Shown: in pieces, positions 28,496 through 38,811 of the stretch
Numbering within the stretch: position 1 is the first letter of the stretch
Layout of the letters: each line of letters opens with the position of its first letter
Assembly (NCBI GenBank): GCA_050950165.1
Contig: JBMNHC010000001.1
Location: forward strand, 529,073-593,072
Direction of reading: 5' to 3'
DNA from: Candidatus Dojkabacteria bacterium
Lineage (GTDB): Bacteria; Patescibacteriota; Dojkabacteria; SC72
DNA: 64,000 nucleotides
Notes under the pieces: generated by a model
What the model was told of the DNA's origin: nothing
Seen by the model: only the letters and a program-made list of their open reading frames with translations
Database searches by the model: none
Translations under genes and position numbers: made by a program

Positions 28496-29196
28496 TAAGT
28501 ATAAATAGAAGGAAAAAATATAGAGGATTTAGTTTAGTAGAGATGCTTTTAACAATAGGGATATTGGCAATAATTACTCTACTTGTTGCTACTACTTTAA
28601 CTACTTTAATTAAAGTCTCTATTGTTTCTAATGTTAAGAATCAGGCAAGAAACGACGTTAACTTCATAATGGAGTTAATGCAGAGGTCTCTTGGTAACTC
28701 AAATGTTGGTGATATCTCTATCTATGAATCAAAGAGTGTTAGAACTTTCAACCCAGAAACTATGAAAGTAGAAACTGTTCCTGCAGGGGTAGGCTCTGTG
28801 TATACCAGTACAGAAGGAGTATCAGGAAACGAGATTCATGTTCGTTCTTACGGATACAATGTTTGGAGTTGTATAGGGTTCTTTTTAGATTCATATATTC
28901 CTGAAGATCCACAAGAGACTAGATATGGGTATCTTCTTAAAACTACAAAGTATGAATTAGCTGATCATTCTGATTGTTTTGATGAAACAACTGAGGTTTT
29001 AGTATTACACAATGTTGATGTAAAGGTAAAAGAGTTTTTAATAGAGTATCTTGTAGTAGGTGATGATAGTGACAATATGTTTATCGTTAGTTCTACAGTT
29101 TGGCCTTCTAACTGGCCTACAGGTTTTTCTCTGCCAGCTAACAAGGAGATTACTCGTCAAATTACTGTGTCTTCACAGGGTTTGACTTGGTATTAG
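28492..29196 (+). CDS. minor pilin (PilW-like)
   Basis: RG|FSLVE class III signal. Confidence 0.8.
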   Translation: MISINRRKKYRGFSLVEMLLTIGILAIITLLVATTLTTLIKVSIVSNVKNQARNDVNFIMELMQRSLGNSNVGDISIYESKSVRTFNPETMKVETVPAGVGSVYTSTEGVSGNEIHVRSYGYNVWSCIGFFLDSYIPEDPQETRYGYLLKTTKYELADHSDCFDETTEVLVLHNVDVKVKEFLIEYLVVGDDSDNMFIVSSTVWPSNWPTGFSLPANKEITRQITVSSQGLTWY

Positions 29197-29217
29197 TTAA
29201 TTGTTAATTTAATATAT

Positions 29218-30201
29218 ATGTCAAAGATTTTTAAAAAGGGATATCCTGCTCAAGCGATAGCCATAATTATGGTAATTTTGGTTGTTGCTACAGTACTTGG
29301 AGCTTCACTTTATTCAAGAACTTTAAAGAACAAGGAGGCAGCTATTAATACAAAAGACTCTATGATGGCAGTAGAGCAGGCAGATAGTTTACTAGATCTC
29401 TTTGTAAGAGCTGATTATAACTTCTTACTATCTCTTTTTGATGATGTGAGGGTTAATGGACCAAAGGATTATACAAGTATTGGTGAAATAAAAGCATTGT
29501 TAGAAGAAAATAATGTAGACTCAACTATTCTTGATTCGCAAGCAGGTATAACTAATTGGTGTGAGTATAACGCAGAGACTAATCCTAGCTCTAGTATTAA
29601 ACTAACAATTGCTCCTGCAGACTCTGCTACAGACTATATAGATGTGAGGGTTGGTTCTGCTAGGGTGTTTGATTTAAAAGGTAATACATACAGCGATGGG
29701 GCATGTTATTTAATATTAAAGTTTGAAGCTAGAGAGGATTCCCCTACTCTTTTTACAATAAAAGAGATATATGGTAATGACTCAGATGAAGTACTCCCTT
29801 ATGTTAATGATGGTAGTACAGATGATATGTTAGCGTTCTGTTTTACAAGGTCAGGAGATCCATGTCCTACAAATTTGAGTAGTGCTGCTCCTAGTTCGTC
29901 TTTCATAGCTTTAGAAAGTGGTAATACCAGAGCTATTAATCTGAAAAAGAGTAGAGATGGGATGCCTCTTAGAATGATTAGAGTAATTCCTTTAAATAAT
30001 GTATTGGCTGTTTCCCACAGTTTCTCTGTAGCAAATTGTTCTAAAAAGACTTTCTCATACATGAAGATTAATGCAGGGGTTAACTGTTACGGTTCGTTTA
30101 GAGAGAAGCAGATCATGGTACCAGGATTAGATAGCTTAGGGTACTCTTCTCTGTTTGATTACACCATTTACAATACTGGTATTTTGGCACCAAGAAATTA
30201 A
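29218..30201 (+). CDS. PilX-like minor pilin (no E5)
   Basis: PA|QAIAIIMVILVV leader lacking Glu5. Last of the pilin run. Confidence 0.6.
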   Translation: MSKIFKKGYPAQAIAIIMVILVVATVLGASLYSRTLKNKEAAINTKDSMMAVEQADSLLDLFVRADYNFLLSLFDDVRVNGPKDYTSIGEIKALLEENNVDSTILDSQAGITNWCEYNAETNPSSSIKLTIAPADSATDYIDVRVGSARVFDLKGNTYSDGACYLILKFEAREDSPTLFTIKEIYGNDSDEVLPYVNDGSTDDMLAFCFTRSGDPCPTNLSSAAPSSSFIALESGNTRAINLKKSRDGMPLRMIRVIPLNNVLAVSHSFSVANCSKKTFSYMKINAGVNCYGSFREKQIMVPGLDSLGYSSLFDYTIYNTGILAPRN

Positions 30202-30220
30202 ATTAAAAATACTAAAGAGA

Positions 30221-30601
30221 ATGGATGGTAAAAAAGTATTAATAATTGAGGATGAGATTCCTTTACTAGATTCATATGCTGAATTAATAGCGGCAGCAAA
30301 ACTAGTGGCTCTTAAAGCGTCTGATGGGTATCAGGGTCTAGATATGTTAGCTACTAATGTTGGAGAGATTGATTTAGTTTTACTAGATTTAATGATGCCG
30401 GGTGTAGATGGTTTAGAGGTTTTAAAGACAGTAAAAAATAATGAGGGTAAATATGGGAGTATGCCTATTGTAGTATTAACAAATATGACTAGTGAGTCAG
30501 TTATTAAAGAGGCGTTTAATATGGGAGCTTCTTCCTACTTAGTTAAAACAGATTTAGACTATTCTGAATTAATTAAAGAGTTAGAGAAATTTTTAGGCTA
30601 G
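30221..30601 (+). CDS. single-domain response regulator (receiver)
   Basis: IIEDE, LLDLMMP (phospho-Asp), LTN and YLVK are all intact. Confidence 0.9.
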   Translation: MDGKKVLIIEDEIPLLDSYAELIAAAKLVALKASDGYQGLDMLATNVGEIDLVLLDLMMPGVDGLEVLKTVKNNEGKYGSMPIVVLTNMTSESVIKEAFNMGASSYLVKTDLDYSELIKELEKFLG

Positions 30602-30628
30602 TATATTTAAGTTATATATTGCCCCAAA

Positions 30629-31642
30629 GTGCAGGTCGTAGTTAATAAAAAGAAGATAATATTGATAGTAGGCATAGTATTGTTGGTATTAACTGTTATA
30701 GTTGCTTCTTTCTTCTTCTACAAGAAGTCTTTCTCTTCTTCTAGGTTTAAAGATATATATACCTTGTGTGAAGAAAAAGTAGATAATGGTAGAAAGATAT
30801 ATACATGTAACGCCTTCCTTAAGGAAAAAACGGGGAATTCTATACAGGAGTGTTTTGTACTAAAGCTGCCTTCAGGGGATAGTGTAGTAGAAAAATCACT
30901 TTGTGAAAAGAAGGGAGTAATAAAGTGGGATAAGGAAGATATTGATTGGGGTGATGCTATAAATAGCGTGATTCCTGTTAGAGTCTTTTTCTCAGAGAAG
31001 ATACCTTTGCCAATAAAAGGGTTAAATATCTTTGATATTTCTATCGAAAGAGTTGAAGATAAGGACCTTGCTTCTGTACAGAATAGTTTCTATGCACTTA
31101 ATACAATAGGTAATATTCTTACATACGAGGGACAACAACTAGAAAAAAACGGTTATCTCCCTACAATTGTTGAAAAACGAGGAATAGGATATCTATATTT
31201 CTCAAAGGTCTCTTTAGAAGAAATTACAGAAGTGGATAAAACACTTTTGGTTAAGTTCTCAGCTCATTTTAAAGGAAGAGAAAAAACTTTTACGGTAAAA
31301 ACGACTCAGTTTTGGTATAGTGAAGCTTACAATACGAACAAAGAAGAGTCTCCTTTTAAATTAGTAAATCTATCTAATTACCAAAATTATTCTAAAAATA
31401 CTAATTTGAATATGAATCTTATCTATCTTCCCTCATCCTCTTTTCTTTTAGGAAAAGATTTTAATACTATTTGTGCTGATGAAACGCAGAGGGTATATCC
31501 TGCATGTTTATATAGCTCAATAATGACAGATATAACAGCAGTAGAAGATATAGAAAAGACTTTAGAACAGGTAGTCCGTGATGGTGGCTATCTTAAATCT
31601 TTTATTTTATTGAGTATGAATAAGAATAATGAGGGCGATTAG
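30629..31642 (+). CDS. hypothetical N-terminally anchored protein
   Basis: 337 aa with one N-terminal TM and several Cys. Overlaps the start of the next gene. Confidence 0.7.
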   Translation: MQVVVNKKKIILIVGIVLLVLTVIVASFFFYKKSFSSSRFKDIYTLCEEKVDNGRKIYTCNAFLKEKTGNSIQECFVLKLPSGDSVVEKSLCEKKGVIKWDKEDIDWGDAINSVIPVRVFFSEKIPLPIKGLNIFDISIERVEDKDLASVQNSFYALNTIGNILTYEGQQLEKNGYLPTIVEKRGIGYLYFSKVSLEEITEVDKTLLVKFSAHFKGREKTFTVKTTQFWYSEAYNTNKEESPFKLVNLSNYQNYSKNTNLNMNLIYLPSSSFLLGKDFNTICADETQRVYPACLYSSIMTDITAVEDIEKTLEQVVRDGGYLKSFILLSMNKNNEGD

Positions 31643-34238
31643 GTTTACAAAACAGAGTTTGACTATGCTAATAATTTTCTTTGCTGTAGCAATAGGTTCT
31701 CTGTTTCTAAATAGAAAAATGATCTATGGTATGACAGATCCATACAATTGTAGAGCTATAGGAGAAAGTTGTTCCCCGGTAGGAAGTAAGACAGTATCAG
31801 GATGGTTTGTACAATGTATTGTTCCTTTAAAGACAGGTTGTGACACATGGGCTTGCATCCAAGAATCTAATAAACCCGTAGAATATGATTGTTCTGGGAC
31901 AGATACTAAGTGTAGTGGTAAAAGTATTAATTACTATGCCTCTGCATCAGATTGTAATAATCAAGTAAATGCTTTGAATAGTTACTGTTGTGGGAGTTCT
32001 GGACCTCCAAGGGAATGTGGTTGTGGGACACAGCATTGTCAATCTAATGTTGGTGGTTGTAATTGTACATATTGGGGATGTAAGATAGGAAATCCTAGAA
32101 CAGGAGAAGAAGCTTCTAATATGGAAAGTTGTATTGAATATACGTGTTCAGGGGAAGAATGTAGAGACTGTACTCTAGATGCATGTCCTACACCTCTTGT
32201 TGATAGTGGAGATCCTGCATACAAACTTGTTAATTACAGATCCTGTCAAAAGACTGGAAGCTGTGCTGGAACTAAATATGGAGACTGTTATGAAGTACCT
32301 AATGCTAAACCCACTCCTGTAGGCATTACGCCTCATCCATCCGGAACTACAGTTCAAGGTTGTAGCTCTACTACACATACAGGTTTAAATATGAATAACC
32401 CTGTTAACATGACTGCTGTATATGAAGATGTTGATGGAGCTAATGATATTGAAGCAATATATGTATGGTTTAGTACCTCAAATACTGCTCCTGTGACACC
32501 GGCATACATTCAGATGTATGAATCTCCTGGACAACCTAATTCTCCATCTAGATCTAGTTGGGGCTTCATGATGCATAAAGAGGGTAGTAGATGGGTTCCA
32601 TATCTACATAAGTATCATAAAACTGGTGCAGGAGTAGAATATTTTGAGTGGTATAGGACAGCATACAATGATAATAGATTTGCAATTAAAGGTCCCTCTT
32701 CTCAAGATATGGTGTTTGTAAATGTAGGAAGTATTACTCTTAGTGGTAATAGGGTTGAATTTAAATTTAGTCTAGATTTTAGGAATATATCTGAAGCAAA
32801 CAGAGTTACTGATGGTAAGTATAATATCTTTTTAAAGGCAAATGATATATTTGGATTTACACCATATGATAATTATCCAAGTACAGTTACAAGGATAGGG
32901 GCTTACTTTAATCCAGGACAGATCAGATTCTATGAAGATTGGAAAGATAGTGGTAAAGATTGGAATATAGATTTAGTAGCTCCATCTGTTAATAGCTTAA
33001 CAGAGACAATGCTCCATCCTACCTCTATACAATATTCATGGTCTCACTCAGATCTCATGGGACTGTATGCCTTTGTATCTAATATGTATGTCTCACAAGA
33101 TGTACAAGGTAATCCTGATACTATAAAAAGGATTACTTTACAGAAGAGCTTGCCCTCTGGAACTAATATAGTAGCGAGTACTCCATATACACTAACTAAG
33201 TATTCGGACAACTTAGCTTCTCAGATAGGTAATCTTAATGGAGATAGTGTTGCAAAGGTGGTTGGTATTAATACAACTACCCTTAGTGGAACACTTACAG
33301 TAGATATAGGTGCTAATCGTGAGAAAAGTTTACTCCACTATATGACAGCAATAGATTTAGCTTGTAATGTTAGTGGAGCTAATGTAGCTTCTAATTTAGA
33401 AGACTGGATAATTACACAGGGTGGTTTACTCTACTCTGCAAGAGGTGTTCAATTTAAAGTTCGTGAGGTTGAAGATGATAATTTATGGAATGGTATTAAT
33501 CTGTTAAATAGAGTTAAGCCAAGATATTCAGATATTTCTAGTGAGATGTATGGGAATATAGTTAATGATACAACTTCTTTGAAAAAGACTGTAAATTCAT
33601 ATTCAATAGGACAGTTTAAAGCATATAGAGATATAGATTTTTATAAAGATATTAAGACTACATTTGAGAAAAGAGAGTTAGGATTACAAGGACAGATGCA
33701 GAGAATAGCTCCTAGATCTACTCTTACAGGGAATTTAGGTGGTGGTCCAATCAAGGTGATGGATGTAGTTGGAGATCTTACAGTAGGGAGTCCTACAACA
33801 AAGTTTGTTTGTGATGGAAAAGGTTTGTTCTTTGTAAGTGGTAATCTCTTTATAAATGGAGAGATAACTAATGCCAATAGGAATAAGGATGCATGTATAT
33901 TTGTTGTTAAAGGAAATGCCTCTATTGGATCTCTGGCTACCAAGTCTAGCTCTACTTCTCTAGCCTATGATGAAATAAATGCATATATATTAGTAAATGG
34001 AGACATTACCATATCTTCTGGAAATAGTGGGGATGTAGATGGTCTTTATATCAATGGTGGTATACATTCATTAGGTAGGAATGGTATTACAATGAGTAGA
34101 TACTTAGGTCTAATCTATAGAAGTACTCATCCTGCATTTTTTGTAGATCATCATTCTAAGTATGGAATGTTAAGTACCATATTAATAGGTAATCCTATTG
34201 ATATGGTTAAAGTAGAAGTTGGATTTAAACCGTTTTAG
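31629..34238 (+). CDS. secreted Cys-rich large protein (paralog 1), putative pilus-associated adhesin
   Basis: N-terminal signal/TM, Cys-rich first ~220 aa, and a core shared with the next gene. Ends in GFKPF. Confidence 0.75.
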   Translation: MRAIRFTKQSLTMLIIFFAVAIGSLFLNRKMIYGMTDPYNCRAIGESCSPVGSKTVSGWFVQCIVPLKTGCDTWACIQESNKPVEYDCSGTDTKCSGKSINYYASASDCNNQVNALNSYCCGSSGPPRECGCGTQHCQSNVGGCNCTYWGCKIGNPRTGEEASNMESCIEYTCSGEECRDCTLDACPTPLVDSGDPAYKLVNYRSCQKTGSCAGTKYGDCYEVPNAKPTPVGITPHPSGTTVQGCSSTTHTGLNMNNPVNMTAVYEDVDGANDIEAIYVWFSTSNTAPVTPAYIQMYESPGQPNSPSRSSWGFMMHKEGSRWVPYLHKYHKTGAGVEYFEWYRTAYNDNRFAIKGPSSQDMVFVNVGSITLSGNRVEFKFSLDFRNISEANRVTDGKYNIFLKANDIFGFTPYDNYPSTVTRIGAYFNPGQIRFYEDWKDSGKDWNIDLVAPSVNSLTETMLHPTSIQYSWSHSDLMGLYAFVSNMYVSQDVQGNPDTIKRITLQKSLPSGTNIVASTPYTLTKYSDNLASQIGNLNGDSVAKVVGINTTTLSGTLTVDIGANREKSLLHYMTAIDLACNVSGANVASNLEDWIITQGGLLYSARGVQFKVREVEDDNLWNGINLLNRVKPRYSDISSEMYGNIVNDTTSLKKTVNSYSIGQFKAYRDIDFYKDIKTTFEKRELGLQGQMQRIAPRSTLTGNLGGGPIKVMDVVGDLTVGSPTTKFVCDGKGLFFVSGNLFINGEITNANRNKDACIFVVKGNASIGSLATKSSSTSLAYDEINAYILVNGDITISSGNSGDVDGLYINGGIHSLGRNGITMSRYLGLIYRSTHPAFFVDHHSKYGMLSTILIGNPIDMVKVEVGFKPF

Positions 34239-34241
34239 AGT

Positions 34242-37200
34242 ATGAGAGATAAAAAGATATTACTATTTACAATTTCTTTCTTACTTTTCTTTCTCTTTGG
34301 AATTCTTTTAGTAGAAGATTCTGTATTAGCACTGTCTTGTCCTGATGGTTGTTTTCCGAATAATTCCTTAGGAGTATGTACTGGACAAGGTGGTTGTGTA
34401 GGACCAGTAGGAGTACCGAAAGGTCCTAGACCAGATGGATGTCATAATACGGAGTTTCAAGTTTCAAACTATTGTTGTGATATATGTGAGGATGGTAGTG
34501 GTAGTGGATGTACTGAATGTACTCCTCCAGCGTGTCCTGCAGGTACTGGAGAAACGGATACTGGTTTTTATGCGACTCAAACCTCATGTGATAGAGGAGA
34601 TGGTTGTAATCCTAGATATAATACTAGGACATGTTACTATCAAAGACAAAATCTCTGTTCAAGTGCTTACACATCTAGTATTTATTTAAAAAGTGGACAA
34701 TCTGCTTCTATAACTGCAAATGCTAATACGAATGTAAATACCTTTTTCTATGCTTTTTATAATGTTGATAACAATTATGCTGTAGTGTGTTCTGCTAATT
34801 ATATCGCTGGTTGGGCAGAAGTACAGGGAACATGTCCTGCAGGTAGATATCAACTTTTGCGTAAAAACTATTATGCTACTGCAAGAAGTTCTGAAACAAC
34901 AATCTTTCCAGCTAACAGTATCTTTATAAATGATACAAACTGGGGAGGTCAGCAGGTTAAGAATTTACAGATAAATACATATTTTATAATTGATGGACGT
35001 CCAACATCTTTACCAGCAGCTCCTTGTGTATTTAATCAACGACTATGTTCTCCTCTTTGTACTCCTTCTCCATGTCTTGGTCCTATTTATACATATACTC
35101 CAACATCTTTTGGAACTAGTACTTTTACTTGTAATAATAGTCCCTCTGCTTGTGGTACAGAAAGTAGAACATGTTACTGTCGTACACCATGTGAACCTCC
35201 AAGTTGTCCTTCAAGTTTAAGTAATACAAATCAGGGAGCAGGTATTAGTACCGTAACTAGAACATGTGGTAATGCATGTGGTTCTCCTAACCAGAGAAGA
35301 TGTTACTGTATAGATTGTACACCTGTGCCATCTTCTTCTGCTTTTACTCTGTCGTCAACAGGAAAGCAATCAACAACAACCTCACTTCAAACTGTAAGCT
35401 GTTCTAAAGGAGAAGGTTGTACACCTAAGACAGTTCCACAGTATTGTGTTAGATGTACACCTCAGTCATGTACTCCTACATATTCGACAACCAATAAAGG
35501 ATTTGGTTCAGTTACTCTCTCTTGTCCTAATCCAGGTGAGGGTTGTGGATTTGAGGGTAACACCTGCTATGTTGACTCATGTTCGAACTGTACTATGCCT
35601 AACTGTCCTACTCCACTAACGAACAATCCTACTGTTGATAGTCCTAATATGGTTTTAGAAAACTTTAGATCTTGTACAAAAGGATCTCCATGTGGTGGAC
35701 CACCTGCATATGCATCCTGTTATGAACCAGTTAGTCCACAACCTACTACATCTCTTTCAATACGTCCAGATGGAGTAAATATGTATGGATTCTCCAGTAA
35801 TACACACAGTGGACAGAGAATAGTTGGTAAGTACAATCTTAATGACCCAATTGAGATGGAAGCTGTATATACAGATCCTAACGGAGCTAATGACATTGAA
35901 GCAATATCTGTATGGTTTAGAAATTCATCAGAAACAGGTGAGATAGAGAGTCCACTTTGGATAGATACCTCCCCTACACCTAGTCAAGCACCTAAGGCAT
36001 ACTCAAACAGTACATGGGGCTTTATGATGCGACTAGAGGGAACTAGCTGGAGACCATATGTAACCAGTTATCCTTCTGGTGGAACAGCTAAATGGGTACG
36101 AGCTATATATTCTAACAACTCATTTGTAATATCAGGACCTAGTGGTCTTGGCATGGTTAGAGTTTCTGTTGCTCAAACAGATATTACAAAATCAGGTAAC
36201 AGTGTTAGTATGAAATTTACCCTTCAGTTTGATTTAGGAGAAAGTTCAGAATCTGTTGCAGAGGTTGAGTATACAACATATCTAATGGGAAATGATCTCT
36301 TTAGTTTTACCCCTTATGATAACTATACCTCATATCCTGAAGTTGATGCTAAGATTGGAGATTACTGGGCACCAGGACAACTAAGATACAGAATCTCACC
36401 AACTGTTGCTCAACTCTACGCTAGACAGTGGCAACCTACAGGCTTTAATTGGACAGTAGACAGAGTACTTCCAGATGTCCAAGATTTAAAAATTTCTGTA
36501 GTAGGAGATACTACCTTACGCTTAAGTTGGCAAGTATCTGATGATAAAAAGATATATGCAATAGTGGGAAACATATATGCATCTGCTAGTATGCCACCAG
36601 ATGCTCCCCCTGTTCTACTTACAGAGTCAGGTACTGTATTAGAGAAAGAATCTCCGTTTACACTACTACCACAAGCAGAACCAGGAGTTCTCTCTAGTGA
36701 GTATGCATTTAGAAAGCTATCTATTGGAGGTACTACACACACAGGTAGTATAGATATTGATTTAAACGGAAACAAGGAAGGATCCTTAGTGATATATCTA
36801 ACTGTCTTTGATATGGCAGGTAATATGTTTATTAAATCCTTAACCTATTCATTAGGTGATTGGTTTGTGACAGAAGGAGGGTTTGTTTATGCTTCAGAAG
36901 GAATGAATTTTGAAGTTAGGAATATAGATGAGAGTACTACATGGAGTGCTTCTCTTCTTCAAAATTTTGTACCTTCTAGAACAGATATATCTAGTGAGAT
37001 GTTTGCAGACAACAGTAGTGCTGGTACACTACCATCTGGACTTCAAAAGAGTACTTTAACAGGTTCTTACCATGTTAGACCATTTCCAGTAAACACAAAA
37101 GTAACTAGTATATATACAGAACTTTTAAGAGCATACAATGATAGAGCGATAGATGGAGCAACTATTTTAGATAGTGGTATTACATCTTTTACAGGTAATC

Positions 37201-37733
37201 TTAATGGTACAACCTACGGCTGTTTAGCTAGTAATTCCGTATGTATTCAGAAAGCTCCGGGAGATTTAGTAGTAGGCTCATCCTCTCATGATTTTACTTG
37301 TGATAACTGGGGAGTATTCTTTGTGGGTGGAAATCTTACGATAGAAAATGCAATTAGAAATAGTACTGCTGATCATAATAAAGACGCATGTATATTTGTT
37401 GTTAAGGGAGATGTGGTTATTAACAATGGACCGAAAATGTCTTCTAGTACTCAGATAGAATATGATGAGATTCGAGCATATATTGTAGCAGATGGAAATA
37501 TTAATATTGTTGCTCAAACAGGTGTTGCTAACCACTACGATGGTATATTTGTAGAAGGAGGGTTACACTCTTTTAGTGGTTTAAATATGGCAAGAAGCTT
37601 AAAATTAGTTGATAGGAATATATATCCCTCTTTGGTAGTAAAGAATCATCCTAAATATTCAGTACTGAGTAATCTTGTCTTTGGTAGCCAAATAGATATA
37701 TTAAAAACTGAAACAGGTTTCAAACCATATTAA
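34242..37733 (+). CDS. secreted Cys-rich large protein (paralog 2), putative pilus-associated adhesin
   Basis: Signal peptide, about six Cys-rich modules, and a shared core (GANDIEAI.VWF, WGFMM, FTPYDNY, NKDACIFVVKG). Ends in GFKPY. Confidence 0.75.
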   Translation: MRDKKILLFTISFLLFFLFGILLVEDSVLALSCPDGCFPNNSLGVCTGQGGCVGPVGVPKGPRPDGCHNTEFQVSNYCCDICEDGSGSGCTECTPPACPAGTGETDTGFYATQTSCDRGDGCNPRYNTRTCYYQRQNLCSSAYTSSIYLKSGQSASITANANTNVNTFFYAFYNVDNNYAVVCSANYIAGWAEVQGTCPAGRYQLLRKNYYATARSSETTIFPANSIFINDTNWGGQQVKNLQINTYFIIDGRPTSLPAAPCVFNQRLCSPLCTPSPCLGPIYTYTPTSFGTSTFTCNNSPSACGTESRTCYCRTPCEPPSCPSSLSNTNQGAGISTVTRTCGNACGSPNQRRCYCIDCTPVPSSSAFTLSSTGKQSTTTSLQTVSCSKGEGCTPKTVPQYCVRCTPQSCTPTYSTTNKGFGSVTLSCPNPGEGCGFEGNTCYVDSCSNCTMPNCPTPLTNNPTVDSPNMVLENFRSCTKGSPCGGPPAYASCYEPVSPQPTTSLSIRPDGVNMYGFSSNTHSGQRIVGKYNLNDPIEMEAVYTDPNGANDIEAISVWFRNSSETGEIESPLWIDTSPTPSQAPKAYSNSTWGFMMRLEGTSWRPYVTSYPSGGTAKWVRAIYSNNSFVISGPSGLGMVRVSVAQTDITKSGNSVSMKFTLQFDLGESSESVAEVEYTTYLMGNDLFSFTPYDNYTSYPEVDAKIGDYWAPGQLRYRISPTVAQLYARQWQPTGFNWTVDRVLPDVQDLKISVVGDTTLRLSWQVSDDKKIYAIVGNIYASASMPPDAPPVLLTESGTVLEKESPFTLLPQAEPGVLSSEYAFRKLSIGGTTHTGSIDIDLNGNKEGSLVIYLTVFDMAGNMFIKSLTYSLGDWFVTEGGFVYASEGMNFEVRNIDESTTWSASLLQNFVPSRTDISSEMFADNSSAGTLPSGLQKSTLTGSYHVRPFPVNTKVTSIYTELLRAYNDRAIDGATILDSGITSFTGNLNGTTYGCLASNSVCIQKAPGDLVVGSSSHDFTCDNWGVFFVGGNLTIENAIRNSTADHNKDACIFVVKGDVVINNGPKMSSSTQIEYDEIRAYIVADGNINIVAQTGVANHYDGIFVEGGLHSFSGLNMARSLKLVDRNIYPSLVVKNHPKYSVLSNLVFGSQIDILKTETGFKPY

Positions 37734-37782
37734 TTTCTGCTATTATTAATATAGCTATAATAATTTAACTGCCTTAAAGGAA

Positions 37783-38811
37783 ATGGCGAAACTGCCTGAC
37801 CATGTTGGAATAGACTTCGGTACTCACTCTGTTAAAGCTGTAGAGTTAAGAAATGTCACCTCTAATCCTCAATTAATAAATCTGGGAAGTCAGCTTACTC
37901 CTAAGGGAGTAATTAACAGTGAACAGAAAGAAGATCAGAGAAAATTAGCAGATGTACTTAAAAAACTGTACGATGATTCTAGGATAAAGAACAAGAATGC
38001 TGTGATGGCATTACCAGAGTTTTCTGTTTTTACTAGATTTTTAGAGTTTCCTGGTGTAAAGAAGGAAGAACTAAAAGATGCTGTATATTTTGAAGCTAAA
38101 CAATATATCCCTATGTCTGTTAATGATGTACATATGAGTTTTGTAACCATAGGGTTTAATGAGGAGAAAAATGCTCCTCGTGTATTACTTGTAGCTGCTC
38201 CTAAAAAAATAGTTTCCATATATATGGAGATAGCTGCTATGGCAGATTTAGATTTAATTGCAATAGAGACTGAATCTGTTGCAATGGGTAGAGCTATGTA
38301 TAGAGCAACTAATCAGAAAAACTTAGTTATGCTTGATTTTGGTGCTAACAGTACAGATATGAGTATCATGTCAAATGGATACTTAGTATTTTCTCAAAGT
38401 ATTGCAATTGGATCAGACTCTCTTACACAGGCATTAGTAAACAAATTTAGTTTTGAATACAGTAGAGCTGAAGAATTTAAGAGAAACTATGGTCTAGTAC
38501 CAAATGTATTAGAAGGTAAAATATCTGCAGCACTCGCCCCTATTCTAGACTCTATCCTTATGGAAGTACGAAGAGGCGTAGAGTTTTACAAGAACAAAAC
38601 AAGTAGTCCTTCTCCTACTGAGTATCTACTCAATGGAGATGGAGCTTTGCTACCAGGTCTTTCAGAGTATGTTTCTAAACAGCTAGGAGTAAATGCTCAG
38701 ATAGCGAATCCATGGACTGGTATATCTGTAGACAGTAAATTTAAAGATATTGTAGCAAAGGGAGGACCTTCCTACTCTGTTGCAATAGGGTTGTCACTAA
38801 AAGATGAATAA
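37783..38811 (+). CDS. pilM: type IV pilus assembly protein PilM
   Basis: Actin-like motifs VGIDFGTHSVKAVEL, LDFGA, AEEFKRNYG, LNGDGA and ANPW. Confidence 0.9.
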   Translation: MAKLPDHVGIDFGTHSVKAVELRNVTSNPQLINLGSQLTPKGVINSEQKEDQRKLADVLKKLYDDSRIKNKNAVMALPEFSVFTRFLEFPGVKKEELKDAVYFEAKQYIPMSVNDVHMSFVTIGFNEEKNAPRVLLVAAPKKIVSIYMEIAAMADLDLIAIETESVAMGRAMYRATNQKNLVMLDFGANSTDMSIMSNGYLVFSQSIAIGSDSLTQALVNKFSFEYSRAEEFKRNYGLVPNVLEGKISAALAPILDSILMEVRRGVEFYKNKTSSPSPTEYLLNGDGALLPGLSEYVSKQLGVNAQIANPWTGISVDSKFKDIVAKGGPSYSVAIGLSLKDE

